Shown here in pieces: positions 55,154 to 64,000 of a DNA stretch of 64,000 nucleotides. Source of the DNA: Candidatus Kaiserbacteria bacterium (GTDB lineage Bacteria; Patescibacteriota; Minisyncoccia; Phycocordibacterales; UBA918); the NCBI GenBank assembly GCA_016699245.1, contig CP064968.1, positions 512,317 through 576,316 on the forward strand, written 5' to 3'. The notes beneath the pieces are model-generated. The model was not told the DNA's origin and did not search any database. It worked only from the letters and a program-made list of their open reading frames with translations. The position numbers and the translations under genes are program-made. The stretch's first letter is position 1, and each line of letters starts with the position of its first letter.

Positions 55154-56371
55154 ATGCCCACACCAGTAACTCCTGAATATCGCTTTGCATCGCGACACAA
55201 AGCAGAGTTTGCGCACTATACTGCGCTCTTGCTTCTTTGCTTACACTGGGCGTTTGTGCTCTACATCAACTCTTCATACCTCGAACAACTTGCATCTCAT
55301 CGCATCATCGACATTCTCTATGTTGTGGGAGCAATCGTAACGATTGGAAGCTTTTTCTACGCCTCTCATATACTTACGCGATTTGGTAATATTTTTCTCA
55401 TTAAGGTACTTACGTTTATTGAGTTTTGTGCGCTTGTTGGTATGGGTCTCACGGTGAATCCATATATTGGACTTTCTCTCTTTGTAGTGCACCAGGCCGT
55501 TGTGCCCATTTTGCTCTTTAACCTCGATATCATTATGGAGGTGATTATTGGTGACAAAGAGGAATCCACTGGCAGGCAACGGGGCATTCTACTCACTATC
55601 ATGAGCCTTACCACCGCACTTGCGCCCCTCGCACTCGGTAGGCTCACGAGCGCTGCGCACCACGTGAGTGCGAATGCATCAGAGTTTGTCCTCGTCTACC
55701 TTCTGAGTGCCTTTTTCCTTGTTCCCTTTATTTTTGTCGTGCTTAAATATTTCAAAACATTTAAAGATCCTGTGTATCCACACTTCAGATTCAGAGAAGG
55801 ACTTCTTGAATTTTGGCAGTATAAAGATATTCGCAACGTATTTTTTGCCCACTTTCTACTGCAATTTTTCTTTACGTGGATGGTTATCTACACCCCTCTC
55901 TATCTCACGAATGTCATTGGACTTTCTTGGGATGAAGTTGGCTCCATACTTTTTGTGGGACTCATGGCGTACGTGTTTCTCGAGTACGCCATCGGTAAGG
56001 TTGCCGACACATACATTGGTGAAAAAGAAATGATGGCTTTTGGATTTGCGGTCATTGCGATGGCAACAGCGTCATTTGTATTTCTTGATAACTCATCTAT
56101 TCCTCTATGGATGACCGCGATGTTCCTTACCCGTGTCGGCGCAAGTTTTATTGAAGTGACTACCGAGAGTTACTTTTTTAAACATACCGCAGGAAAGGAT
56201 ACGAATGTCATAAGTCTCTTTCGTATCACGCGCCCCCTCTCATACGTCGTCGGCCCTGTATTGGGCGTTCTCACGCTACACTTCTTCTCATTTAGTTTCC
56301 TTTTTGTGATACTCGGAACCCTCATGATCCCTGGCCTTTTCTTTGCCATGGCGCTCAAAGACACCAAATAA
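55154..56371 (+). CDS. MFS-type transporter (12 TM)
   Basis: 405 aa, ~12 hydrophobic helices in a 6+6 arrangement with a central loop (KYFKTFKDPVYPHFRF). No substrate-specific motif recognised. Confidence 0.55.
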   Translation: MPTPVTPEYRFASRHKAEFAHYTALLLLCLHWAFVLYINSSYLEQLASHRIIDILYVVGAIVTIGSFFYASHILTRFGNIFLIKVLTFIEFCALVGMGLTVNPYIGLSLFVVHQAVVPILLFNLDIIMEVIIGDKEESTGRQRGILLTIMSLTTALAPLALGRLTSAAHHVSANASEFVLVYLLSAFFLVPFIFVVLKYFKTFKDPVYPHFRFREGLLEFWQYKDIRNVFFAHFLLQFFFTWMVIYTPLYLTNVIGLSWDEVGSILFVGLMAYVFLEYAIGKVADTYIGEKEMMAFGFAVIAMATASFVFLDNSSIPLWMTAMFLTRVGASFIEVTTESYFFKHTAGKDTNVISLFRITRPLSYVVGPVLGVLTLHFFSFSFLFVILGTLMIPGLFFAMALKDTK

Positions 56372-56404
56372 TAAAAGTGTTTAATAATGTCACACAGTCC
56401 TCCG

Positions 56405-57268
56405 TTACTCAGGTAACGCAAATTGTTTTTTGCAAAGCACGATAAGTCCTTCACTCAGAAGTTTTTCACATTGTGCGTCGATGCGATCAATCTCATATGG
56501 GAGTGCCTTGTGCATCTCTATGCGTGAGTAATTTTGAGTAGCCAGTAGACGGAGGATTGCACCACGGATTTGCCTATCAGAGTTTTTAAAAGTGGATTGC
56601 TTTGTGTAGTGGCGACTACGGCTATTTTGATTTCCTATGGTCTTCTTAAGAAATGCACCATAGTCCATGAGAGCGTAGTACCATTCACGAGGATTCTCTA
56701 TGTCGAGTGTACGTGCGACGTACTTTTGAATATCAGTATCACATACATCGGTATCATCATGAAAAAAGTGATGAATAAATACCGTGCGAATATTAGTCTC
56801 AATGATTGGTACACTTTCCTGAAAAGCAAATGCCATTACTGCACCTGCGGTGTAGTGCCCGATGCCGGGGAGCTTCATGAGTTCATTCTGCGTGCTGGGG
56901 AGTCGCCCCTTGTATTCCTGTACAACAGACTGTGCACACTGATGAAGCATTTTCGCCCGACGATTGTATCCGAGCCCCTGCCACTCACGGAGTACGTCAC
57001 CAAGAGATGCTTTCGCAAGCACTTGAAGTGAGGGGAACCTTTTAATAAAAGCAGTATACTTGGGCAATACCCTATCCACTTGCGTTTGTTGAAGCATTAT
57101 TTCTGAAACGAGTATACGATACGCATTTTTTGTTTTGCGCCACGGAAGGCTATGCCTTCCGTGGCGCTCATAATATTTCCACACTTCTTCCACAAATTTC
57201 TCTTCCTTTCTCGTCACAGTACCTATAGGGTGTATATTACATCTTTGCGTTCCACGATTACTTGCCAC
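56405..57268 (-). CDS. mutY: A/G-specific adenine DNA glycosylase MutY-like (HhH-GPD family)
   Basis: WKYYERHGRHSLPWRKTKNAYRILVSEIMLQQTQVDRVLPKY (MutY N-terminus), LPGIGHYTAGAVMAFAF (HhH-GPD). Confidence 0.7.
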   Translation of the reverse strand: MASNRGTQRCNIHPIGTVTRKEEKFVEEVWKYYERHGRHSLPWRKTKNAYRILVSEIMLQQTQVDRVLPKYTAFIKRFPSLQVLAKASLGDVLREWQGLGYNRRAKMLHQCAQSVVQEYKGRLPSTQNELMKLPGIGHYTAGAVMAFAFQESVPIIETNIRTVFIHHFFHDDTDVCDTDIQKYVARTLDIENPREWYYALMDYGAFLKKTIGNQNSRSRHYTKQSTFKNSDRQIRGAILRLLATQNYSRIEMHKALPYEIDRIDAQCEKLLSEGLIVLCKKQFALPE

Positions 57269-57906
57269 CCCTTCTTCTGCGCGTGGCGGTAGAGCGTTTG
57301 ATTCGGATTAAAGCAGATAGGTTTTGCCACTGACTCAAGGAGTGGAATATCACTCTCGGTATCTCCGACACCAATAGAATCTTCAAGGGTAAGTCCCTCT
57401 TTCTCAAGTACCCGCTCTATTACTTTTGCTTTGTTTGCAATAAAATCTACATCATTCACCACTCCCGTAAAAAGATCGCGGGGGCCTAATTCATAGATCC
57501 TCCCATACACTTTATCAAAACCATACGCAGCACAAAACTCGTCGAGGATAGTCTTTGGTGATTGCGAAATTGCCACAACAAAGTATCCCTGTGCGCGGAG
57601 CGTCTGGATTAAATCTCGTGTATAGCGATACGTCTGTTTCCCTTGCGTGGTGACCACGCTTCGTCCCACATCCGCAAAATCGCCATAATAGACACCACGA
57701 ATATGCTCCATAAAAGCCTCCACCACCGCAGTAACATACGCCTCATACGAGCCCTCGCGATTTTGCCATGCGTGATACTCGCGCGCATACGCCTTTTGTG
57801 TGTCTTTTGGAAACACACCTGCCTTAATACACCCCTCCACAACCTCAATAAAAAGACTCGAACGAAATACGGTCCCATCAATATCAAAAAAAGCGACTTT
57901 TTGCAT
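57223..57906 (-). CDS. HAD-superfamily hydrolase (HAD-IB/SerB-like)
   Basis: FFDIDGTV (motif I), VVAISQSPK (motif II region), IGVGDTESDIPLL (motif IV). Confidence 0.65.
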   Translation of the reverse strand: MQKVAFFDIDGTVFRSSLFIEVVEGCIKAGVFPKDTQKAYAREYHAWQNREGSYEAYVTAVVEAFMEHIRGVYYGDFADVGRSVVTTQGKQTYRYTRDLIQTLRAQGYFVVAISQSPKTILDEFCAAYGFDKVYGRIYELGPRDLFTGVVNDVDFIANKAKVIERVLEKEGLTLEDSIGVGDTESDIPLLESVAKPICFNPNQTLYRHAQKKGWQVIVERKDVIYTL

Positions 57907-57950
57907 ATAGTATGTAGTGTATCAAAATTACGACTTCACGCATCCTGTCT

Positions 57951-58928
57951 TTATAACACCGTCATAAAAACGGGATGTAACTCTTTCCATTCTTCTTTCG
58001 TGAGCACACGTTCATTATAAATTCCCCCATCAGGAAAATTTGCTTCAGAAATAGTAATGGTATGGTCTGGAAACACTGCCTCCACATACGCCACATGTCC
58101 CATTTCAGAAGAAAGCATATACTCCATCACGGCACCGACTTTAGGCATTACACCAATATGAATCTGTCGTGAGCCACGCAATATGGTATGCCACACACCA
58201 GGTACACGAGGGCGAATTTCTGGCCACACAATGTGTCTTCCCTTACGCCAAAGCCGATAGAGCACATATTCTCCTGACTGGAGCGCAAACTCTGAGCGCG
58301 CGATACCAAAAACATCCCTGAGAATTGCCCGTGTATGCGCGGTATTGGGATGGTCAACACCATTCTCCTCTCCAATAACAAAAACGGGATACACGCGAAG
58401 TGCTCTATCAGCAATATCTTCTTTGAGTACCCATCCCTCAATCGTATTCCACATTATGTGATAAAAGCGCCCGCGTGGCTCGAGCACAATCACCATTTCA
58501 CCAAAAGATACTTCCCCTATCTGACCATCGAATTCAATGGTTGGATTTTTAAATATCGGAACGCGGACACTTCTCACATACATCACGGTATTCTTTTGAA
58601 TACGCACACCTTCATCTATTGTCTGTACCTCTGTGTGTGCGACAGCTTTTTTAAGCGCGGTGACCACAGGAGAATCCTGATATACTTCGGACACTACCTC
58701 CCTTCCTGCGAGCATGCGTTTTGGATATGCATACAGTACATCCTTCATTGTCTTAAAGGTTGACGTAACTTTCTCGTGCATGGTTACCGCATCGCTCAGC
58801 ACCGTATCTTTTTGTGTTTCCACTTTGGTCCGAGGTGCGTATGTTTCAAGCACACTATTCACCACACGGAGACTTAAACGCATCATCCATGCATACACCG
58901 TATCTATCGTTGCAACCATAATCTGCAT
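57951..58928 (-). CDS. Hypothetical protein, possible CHAP/amidase-like C-terminal domain
   Basis: 325 aa. C-terminal segment GHVAYVEAVFPDHTITISEANFPDGGIY is reminiscent of CHAP/NlpC-type hydrolases. No signal peptide. Weak. Confidence 0.3.
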   Translation of the reverse strand: MQIMVATIDTVYAWMMRLSLRVVNSVLETYAPRTKVETQKDTVLSDAVTMHEKVTSTFKTMKDVLYAYPKRMLAGREVVSEVYQDSPVVTALKKAVAHTEVQTIDEGVRIQKNTVMYVRSVRVPIFKNPTIEFDGQIGEVSFGEMVIVLEPRGRFYHIMWNTIEGWVLKEDIADRALRVYPVFVIGEENGVDHPNTAHTRAILRDVFGIARSEFALQSGEYVLYRLWRKGRHIVWPEIRPRVPGVWHTILRGSRQIHIGVMPKVGAVMEYMLSSEMGHVAYVEAVFPDHTITISEANFPDGGIYNERVLTKEEWKELHPVFMTVL

Positions 58929-59012
58929 AATACCTATACTATAGCACTTTAGAGAAAAAGGAGCCTATTGACGAGAATGTATTAGGTCAGCAAAGTTGTC
59001 TCTTTGAATCAT

Positions 59013-59681
59013 TTAATGAGCTTTTGGCCATACTTTTTCTGCCTGAGGATACACTATAGTGAGGGAATGTGCGGTGCATACGTGCTTCCGTGCAGGACAA
59101 TAATCCCGCCCATAATGTACGAGCCGATGATTGAATCCCCACCACTCGGACATAGGCATGATTTCCATCAAATCCTGCTCAATTCGCTTTGGGTCAGTGT
59201 AGTCAGAGAGGTCAAAACGAATTGCAAAACGACGCACGTGTGTATCAACAGCAATACCCTCGTGTATGCCAAATGCGTTTGAGAGCATTACGTTTGCGGT
59301 TTTGCGCGCAACCCCTGGGAGCAAAAGAAGCTCTTCCATAGTGCGTGGTACCTCACCCTTAAAATCACTGATGAGCATCTGTGCCGCCTCTCGAATATGC
59401 TTTGCCTTATTGCGATAAAAGCCACATTGAAAAACTGCTTTTTCCATCTCGTGCTGTGGAGCACGCGCATACTCTTCAATATGCGGATACGAAACAAAGA
59501 GTGTTTTCGTCACCCGATTCACCCGAGCATCCGTACATTGTGCGGAAAGTATGACCGCGACAAGCAGTTCCCATGTGGTGCTGTGATTGAGTGCAATTTT
59601 AGGATTGGGATACAGCGTGCGGAGTATCACATTCATTTTTTGTACACGCACCGTACGTGCCTTTTTCTGTGCCTTTGTCAT
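59013..59681 (-). CDS. nth: Endonuclease III (Nth; HhH-GPD with Fe-S cluster)
   Basis: ELLVAVILSAQCTDARVN, LPGVARKTANVML (HhH), and a C-terminal Cys cluster (YCPARKHVCTAHSL). Likely start MTKAQKKARTV at 59681. Confidence 0.85.
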   Translation of the reverse strand: MTKAQKKARTVRVQKMNVILRTLYPNPKIALNHSTTWELLVAVILSAQCTDARVNRVTKTLFVSYPHIEEYARAPQHEMEKAVFQCGFYRNKAKHIREAAQMLISDFKGEVPRTMEELLLLPGVARKTANVMLSNAFGIHEGIAVDTHVRRFAIRFDLSDYTDPKRIEQDLMEIMPMSEWWGFNHRLVHYGRDYCPARKHVCTAHSLTIVYPQAEKVWPKAH

Positions 59682-59940
59682 GAGTGTGTAGTATAACAAA
59701 AAACACCGATGTGAACCGTACTACTTTTAGTAGACCCTGAAAGGGGTACGGTTCATCTTGGGGATTTTTCATTTGCGGATGTTGGGGACAGTCTGGAGAC
59801 TGTCTTGTCACAAACAAGGTAATGCATGCATTTTACAATCACATTGACATACTGTATTAAATGTGTTAATTTGCATTTATCGTGGAATGTTTCTGCGATA
59901 TGCTTCTGTGAAGCGTAACCCAAGAGAAGGAGTTCATTTT

Positions 59941-60435
59941 ATGATCGCAAAGTTCGACGGAATTTCAGGTGACAACCTGGCAGCACTACTCACCTACATC
60001 CATGGGGATGAAAATCGAGTGGCCATCCCTCAGCTTGAGGACCGACTAATGATTATTCGTGTGAAGGCAGTCAATCCTGTCAACCAGGGTGATGACACCC
60101 GGTACGGCCTCACGCTCGACATCATCGAGTGGGTTCCGAAAAGAGACACCTCTGGGCAGTATCGCGTCGACCCCAAGTTTTTACTGAAGGTCTATGAGAT
60201 CCTTGGTCAAGACCGCGCGACAGAAGGTGTCTCATCGGGTATTCGAGTGAAAACTACCCAGCCGAACCTTTTGTATCGCCACATGTGGAACGACACAGCT
60301 TGGGAAAAGCGCAAGTGGGGCGTTCATGGGACCGCCGCCGTTAATTACGATTCACGTGGTCAATGCTACGTAGTGCAACACGAAGACGGGACGGTAGCGA
60401 CTTACGATGCCTCTGAAATAGAAATTATATCGTAA
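59941..60435 (+). CDS. Hypothetical protein
   Basis: Start MIAKFDGISGDN, preceded by AAGGAG 8 nt upstream. 164 aa, no recognisable motif. Followed by a clean terminator. Confidence 0.5.
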   Translation: MIAKFDGISGDNLAALLTYIHGDENRVAIPQLEDRLMIIRVKAVNPVNQGDDTRYGLTLDIIEWVPKRDTSGQYRVDPKFLLKVYEILGQDRATEGVSSGIRVKTTQPNLLYRHMWNDTAWEKRKWGVHGTAAVNYDSRGQCYVVQHEDGTVATYDASEIEIIS

Positions 60436-60461
60436 AACGTAAGTCAAAAAAAACGTAACCC

Positions 60462-60493
60462 GAGTCGTCCAGCAACCCTGGACGACTCTTTCT
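60462..60493 (+). terminator. Rho-independent terminator
   Basis: gagtcgtccag-caacc-ctggacgactc followed by tttct. Confidence 0.7.
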
Positions 60494-60590
60494 ATACTGG
60501 AGTTGTTGATCTTATTTAATTCTTCATACCATCAGTGATATTAGGAAGCAATGCATCTAGTGGTTTATATGCTAATAGTGCAAGGAATAT

Positions 60591-60620
60591 AAAAAGTGGA
60601 CACTTTCGTGTCCACTTTTT
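60591..60620. terminator. Bidirectional hairpin terminator (3' of the 60676-61788 gene)
   Basis: aaaaagtggacac-tttc-gtgtccactttttat. Confidence 0.6.
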
Positions 60621-60675
60621 ATGTTACGGTTAAATGTCGTACAGAAGTGCGTAATTAGTGTCTTAATACCATTCG

Positions 60676-61788
60676 TTACCCGTGAAGCACGTGATATGCA
60701 GTCGTACCCAATGCTCCCAATGTTATAACGAAACATGCAAACAAGATGAGTCCACCAGCCACCGAGAAGAGACTGAGGAGTACACAGAGTGCCACCCCGC
60801 CAATAACCGTATAAAGTGTAATTCCCTCACGACGTAATGCCACTTTCTGCAGTGCGTACCCTACAAAAATAGGCATAAGCGCGAGTGCCATGAGTATCAT
60901 GAGCATGTATCCAAAGAGGAAAATAATACCCGCAAATATGCCGAGTACACTCACAAAAAGGAGCGTTGCGATAAAGGGAAAGGCAAAGAGTATTCCGAGA
61001 CCCATGAGTCCCGACATACCCAGCCGAGCGAATGAATATTCCACCACACGCACCACATGTCTTCGTCCAATCACATAGAGTGTGAGCGCAACAAAAAGCA
61101 AAATACTTAATTCAAAAAGTGCAAACTGTGCCGTAGGCATCGAGTACTCACGCTCACGCACCTGTACTTGTTTCATCTCTCCTGCGACGACTGCATTTTG
61201 CGCACGGACGACTTCATGTGCACTTTCATAGGTCACGTTGCCTTGCAAATTTGCTTTATCACCCACCGTAAAGAGATTTTCGACACGGAGTGATACATCA
61301 CCCTCTACTTCAGTATTGAGGCGTGCTGTCTCCGCAACACCATGAATGCCTCCCATCACCGAACCCTCAATTACGAGCGTTTGTCCCATAAAAAGTACAT
61401 CGCCTTCCACTTGTGCAGTAGAGAGGATAGTGAGCGTTCCACCAAACACGACCACATCTCCCTTCACCGGACTTGCAAGCACTACTTCACCACCCACAAT
61501 ACGTACATCATCTCCAATATCACCATGTATCTGCACAACACCCCCGACAACGGTAAGATCTTCCAAAATAGGCGCATTAATAGTCACCGTTCCTCCTGCA
61601 ATATATACATCATTATCACCCTGACCTGAGATACTAACCGTAGAACCGAAGCCATAGAAGTCACCTTTAAGGGACTGAGCTGCATCTACCGAGATAGTTT
61701 CTCCCGTACGCAAAATAGGACCCGCAAACGCGGAAACCGGAATAAAAATAAGCGCACAAAACGCCAGACATACAAAAATTCTGTTCAT
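60676..61788 (-). CDS. Membrane protein with an N-terminal secreted beta-helical (bactofilin-like) repeat domain and a C-terminal polytopic domain
   Basis: Signal peptide. ~170 aa of V.G.V...GDV repeats (VVGGVVQIHGDIGDDVRIVGGEVVLASPVKGDVVVFGGTLTI...) typical of polymer-forming beta-helix proteins, then ~5 TM helices. Confidence 0.4.
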   Translation of the reverse strand: MNRIFVCLAFCALIFIPVSAFAGPILRTGETISVDAAQSLKGDFYGFGSTVSISGQGDNDVYIAGGTVTINAPILEDLTVVGGVVQIHGDIGDDVRIVGGEVVLASPVKGDVVVFGGTLTILSTAQVEGDVLFMGQTLVIEGSVMGGIHGVAETARLNTEVEGDVSLRVENLFTVGDKANLQGNVTYESAHEVVRAQNAVVAGEMKQVQVREREYSMPTAQFALFELSILLFVALTLYVIGRRHVVRVVEYSFARLGMSGLMGLGILFAFPFIATLLFVSVLGIFAGIIFLFGYMLMILMALALMPIFVGYALQKVALRREGITLYTVIGGVALCVLLSLFSVAGGLILFACFVITLGALGTTAYHVLHG

Positions 61789-61824
61789 GCGTGCATTATA
61801 CCACTTTTCTAGTTTTTTTCTAGT

Positions 61825-62260
61825 CTACTGCTTAAAGCAAGGGAGGAGTTTCAAAGATTCCATGGGGCTCGGTGCCGCACCGTCCATAATCCCCTTGAGT
61901 CGTGCTGCCCCCACCGCGTCTTCAGCACACGTAATCATTTCCTTAGTAATGGTAACGGTATCTTTCGTATATCCCATAGATTTGAGCATCGTCTGTTGCG
62001 TTTCAGAAAGTGTTTCGGTTTCTATCACCGTGGGTGGAACACTTTCAGTTTTTGTCACCGTGGTCTCTGGCTTTTCCTCTGTAGGTACCGTGATTTTTGT
62101 AGCACTTTCATCTGAAGTAACTTGGGATGATTCCTGGAGCATCGGAATGTCAGCCGCTGTGGGAATATTTTGAATGGTGTACCACACGTATACACTAAAA
62201 CCGATACCGAACACAAGGAGCACAACAATGATGACGATACATATTTTTATAACTTTCATA
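61825..62260 (-). CDS. Hypothetical membrane-anchored protein
   Basis: Probable start MKVIKICIVIIVVLLVFGIGFSVYVWY (TM) followed by a Thr/Glu-rich ectodomain. The upstream part of the ORF-track call looks non-coding. Confidence 0.4.
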
Positions 62261-62497
62261 CAGTAGGTGAAATATACACTGTGGGCGACTGGAGCATGGC
62301 CGCAATCACAATACCGAGGACAAGGAAAAACAGACCCATAGAAACAAGGATAAGGCGTGCACGCGAAAACTCCCACGAACCATCGTACCAATTACGCACA
62401 AAAAGAAACGGAAAAATAAATCGAACGATACGCATATTTGTATGTGTGTATCATACCCCAGCATTCTGTATTCATACAGATAGGATATACACGGGGA

Positions 62498-63502
62498 CTA
62501 TTGATTAAATAATTGTATACCCCGCTCCCACATTTCGGGGTGTCCCTGCTCACGAAGCCAATACCACCATTCACCACCCCAGAGGAACTGTGTCTCATAG
62601 CGCGTGTCACGAGCGTACTCAATGATTTCATTAAACTTCTTCATGTCCATACGTGAGTATTGTGTCTCTACAGGCACTTCAGTGACTGGCTCGAGGAGCC
62701 ATGGCTCAAGCGAGAGTTCTATGAGGAAGGTTTCTTTTTCTCCATGTATAAGCGCCATGATATTTTCTTTTACACGATAGAACCATGGAGGAAGAATTGT
62801 TTTGAATTGGCCGAGTTCGGGATTCCAGAAATACACATACACACTCGTCCCAAAAGAATCACCGTGGGAGTACGCACCATTCCAGGTGCCGAGATTGCCA
62901 CTATCAGTCACGAGTATCGGACGTGTAGGATCGAGTGATTTCACGAGCGCAATTTCCTCTTCAAGAAAGGATTCATCAATATCACCACAATGATCATATG
63001 CAAACAGACCGAGGTATGGTTCATTCTCCACTTGCCAATGGGTAATTGCCTTGGAATCTTTATAACGATTTACGACCGCAGTGATGTACTCTCGAATCTC
63101 GACTTTTTTATCTTCCCACGAGAGTGACTGTGCCCATGAGGGAATATGGCACTCAGGCCAGCGCGGAAGCCGCCGACCCACACCAAAAATTATTTTAGCG
63201 TCCGCTGTCTCGGCTTTCTGAATATCTCTGTCCATCCATGCAAAATCATAATCATCTTTATCTGGCTCAATGAGTGTCCAGTGTGCACTCAAACGGAAAT
63301 AGCGCACATTGAGTTCATTAAGAAATGCATCGAAGACATCATCGGGATTAAGTCCAAGTTCAAGTACGTACGGCACGTTATATGAGATACCGTACGTAAT
63401 GTGCTCAGGCTTTTCTTTACGCGCAAGAAAAACAAGTGTAATAAGTACACATGTACACAACACCGCAACACCCGCAAGTGTTCGAAGGAGCCATCTTTTC
63501 AT
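62498..63502 (-). CDS. Glycoside hydrolase, GH-A clan (GH5-like TIM barrel), membrane-anchored
   Basis: N-terminal TM. ITHWQVENEP (NEP acid/base motif of clan GH-A) and a later candidate nucleophile region (FLIELSLEPWL). Confidence 0.5.
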   Translation of the reverse strand: MKRWLLRTLAGVAVLCTCVLITLVFLARKEKPEHITYGISYNVPYVLELGLNPDDVFDAFLNELNVRYFRLSAHWTLIEPDKDDYDFAWMDRDIQKAETADAKIIFGVGRRLPRWPECHIPSWAQSLSWEDKKVEIREYITAVVNRYKDSKAITHWQVENEPYLGLFAYDHCGDIDESFLEEEIALVKSLDPTRPILVTDSGNLGTWNGAYSHGDSFGTSVYVYFWNPELGQFKTILPPWFYRVKENIMALIHGEKETFLIELSLEPWLLEPVTEVPVETQYSRMDMKKFNEIIEYARDTRYETQFLWGGEWWYWLREQGHPEMWERGIQLFNQ

Positions 63503-63990
63503 TATCTAAATAGTACTAGAAAACCAAGGGTAATGACAGTCACAAATAGTACTTTCTTGAGGATTGTGCCCCGATCGTACGTTTCACCGATGTTGAGTTT
63601 GGTTGGACGCATACTAAAGAAAATACCGAGAAGCAGGATGAACACGAACTGAAGCCCGCCCAAGGCCTGTACCACCGCCACATCGCCTAGGTCCGTTGCT
63701 TTCAAAATAAGAATCGTAGAAACACCTGCCAAGAGTTTATTGACAATGACGAGTACGGCAGTACCTTTTGTTGTTGACTTCGTCTGCTCCTTAATTTTTT
63801 CAAAATAATTTGGAATCATGAGGAGAGTACCCGCAAAAAATACAAAGGCAATACGTGACCAAAAAAATCCATTATCAAACGAGGTGCTCAGAAAAAGTCC
63901 CTTGATAGTGATGTAGTGGAGCGCAAAAAAGATTCCTGAATAGAGTGCCACCATTGCTGTTTTCACAGGGAACTGCAAACGCGATACCAA
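63502..63990 (-). CDS. EamA/DMT-like membrane protein fragment (may continue beyond the window edge)
   Basis: 162 aa with 4-5 TM helices. ORF start lies 10 nt from the window end, so the true N-terminus may be outside. Confidence 0.35.
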   Translation of the reverse strand: MVSRLQFPVKTAMVALYSGIFFALHYITIKGLFLSTSFDNGFFWSRIAFVFFAGTLLMIPNYFEKIKEQTKSTTKGTAVLVIVNKLLAGVSTILILKATDLGDVAVVQALGGLQFVFILLLGIFFSMRPTKLNIGETYDRGTILKKVLFVTVITLGFLVLFR

Positions 63991-64000
63991 AAAAGTACCC

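Overview
This 64-kb window reads like a small-genome bacterium, possibly Candidate Phyla Radiation/Patescibacteria-like; that placement is an inference from gene content and truncated housekeeping proteins. Housekeeping genes include tsaD, valS, lepA, murJ, groES-groEL, secG, rnj, prmC, htpX, nth and mutY-like. I also recognise three tRNAs (Phe-GAA, Arg-CCT, Ser-GGA) and an RNase P RNA (rnpB), all on sequence motifs alone. The most striking feature is a ~10-kb cell-surface locus at about 23.8-34.0 kb, with a further ~5 kb of Gly-rich/collagen-like proteins at 34.1-39.2 kb. It holds a SipW-type signal peptidase I fused in one ORF to a TasA/camelysin-like domain that carries its own SipW-cognate signal, followed by four more tandem TasA-like paralogs with shared N-termini and divergent C-termini. 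One paralog is frameshifted. Downstream lie a sortase and its tandem-repeat substrate with a PNTG-like sorting signal, also frameshifted, then three consecutive Gly-rich/collagen-like/beta-helix-repeat surface proteins. Other notable points: both the tRNA-Phe and tRNA-Ser loci are followed by structured repeats that copy or complement their own 3' ends (long hairpins, GGGA tetraloop hairpins). A ~135-bp structured intergenic element occurs twice. A duplicated terminator brackets a two-gene surface-protein cassette between murJ and lepA. There is a poly-G low-complexity tract, and there are several type II toxin-antitoxin modules (ParE, two MazF/PemK-like, one Phd/YefM). All calls rest on reading the sequence and the supplied ORF translations; no searches were run.
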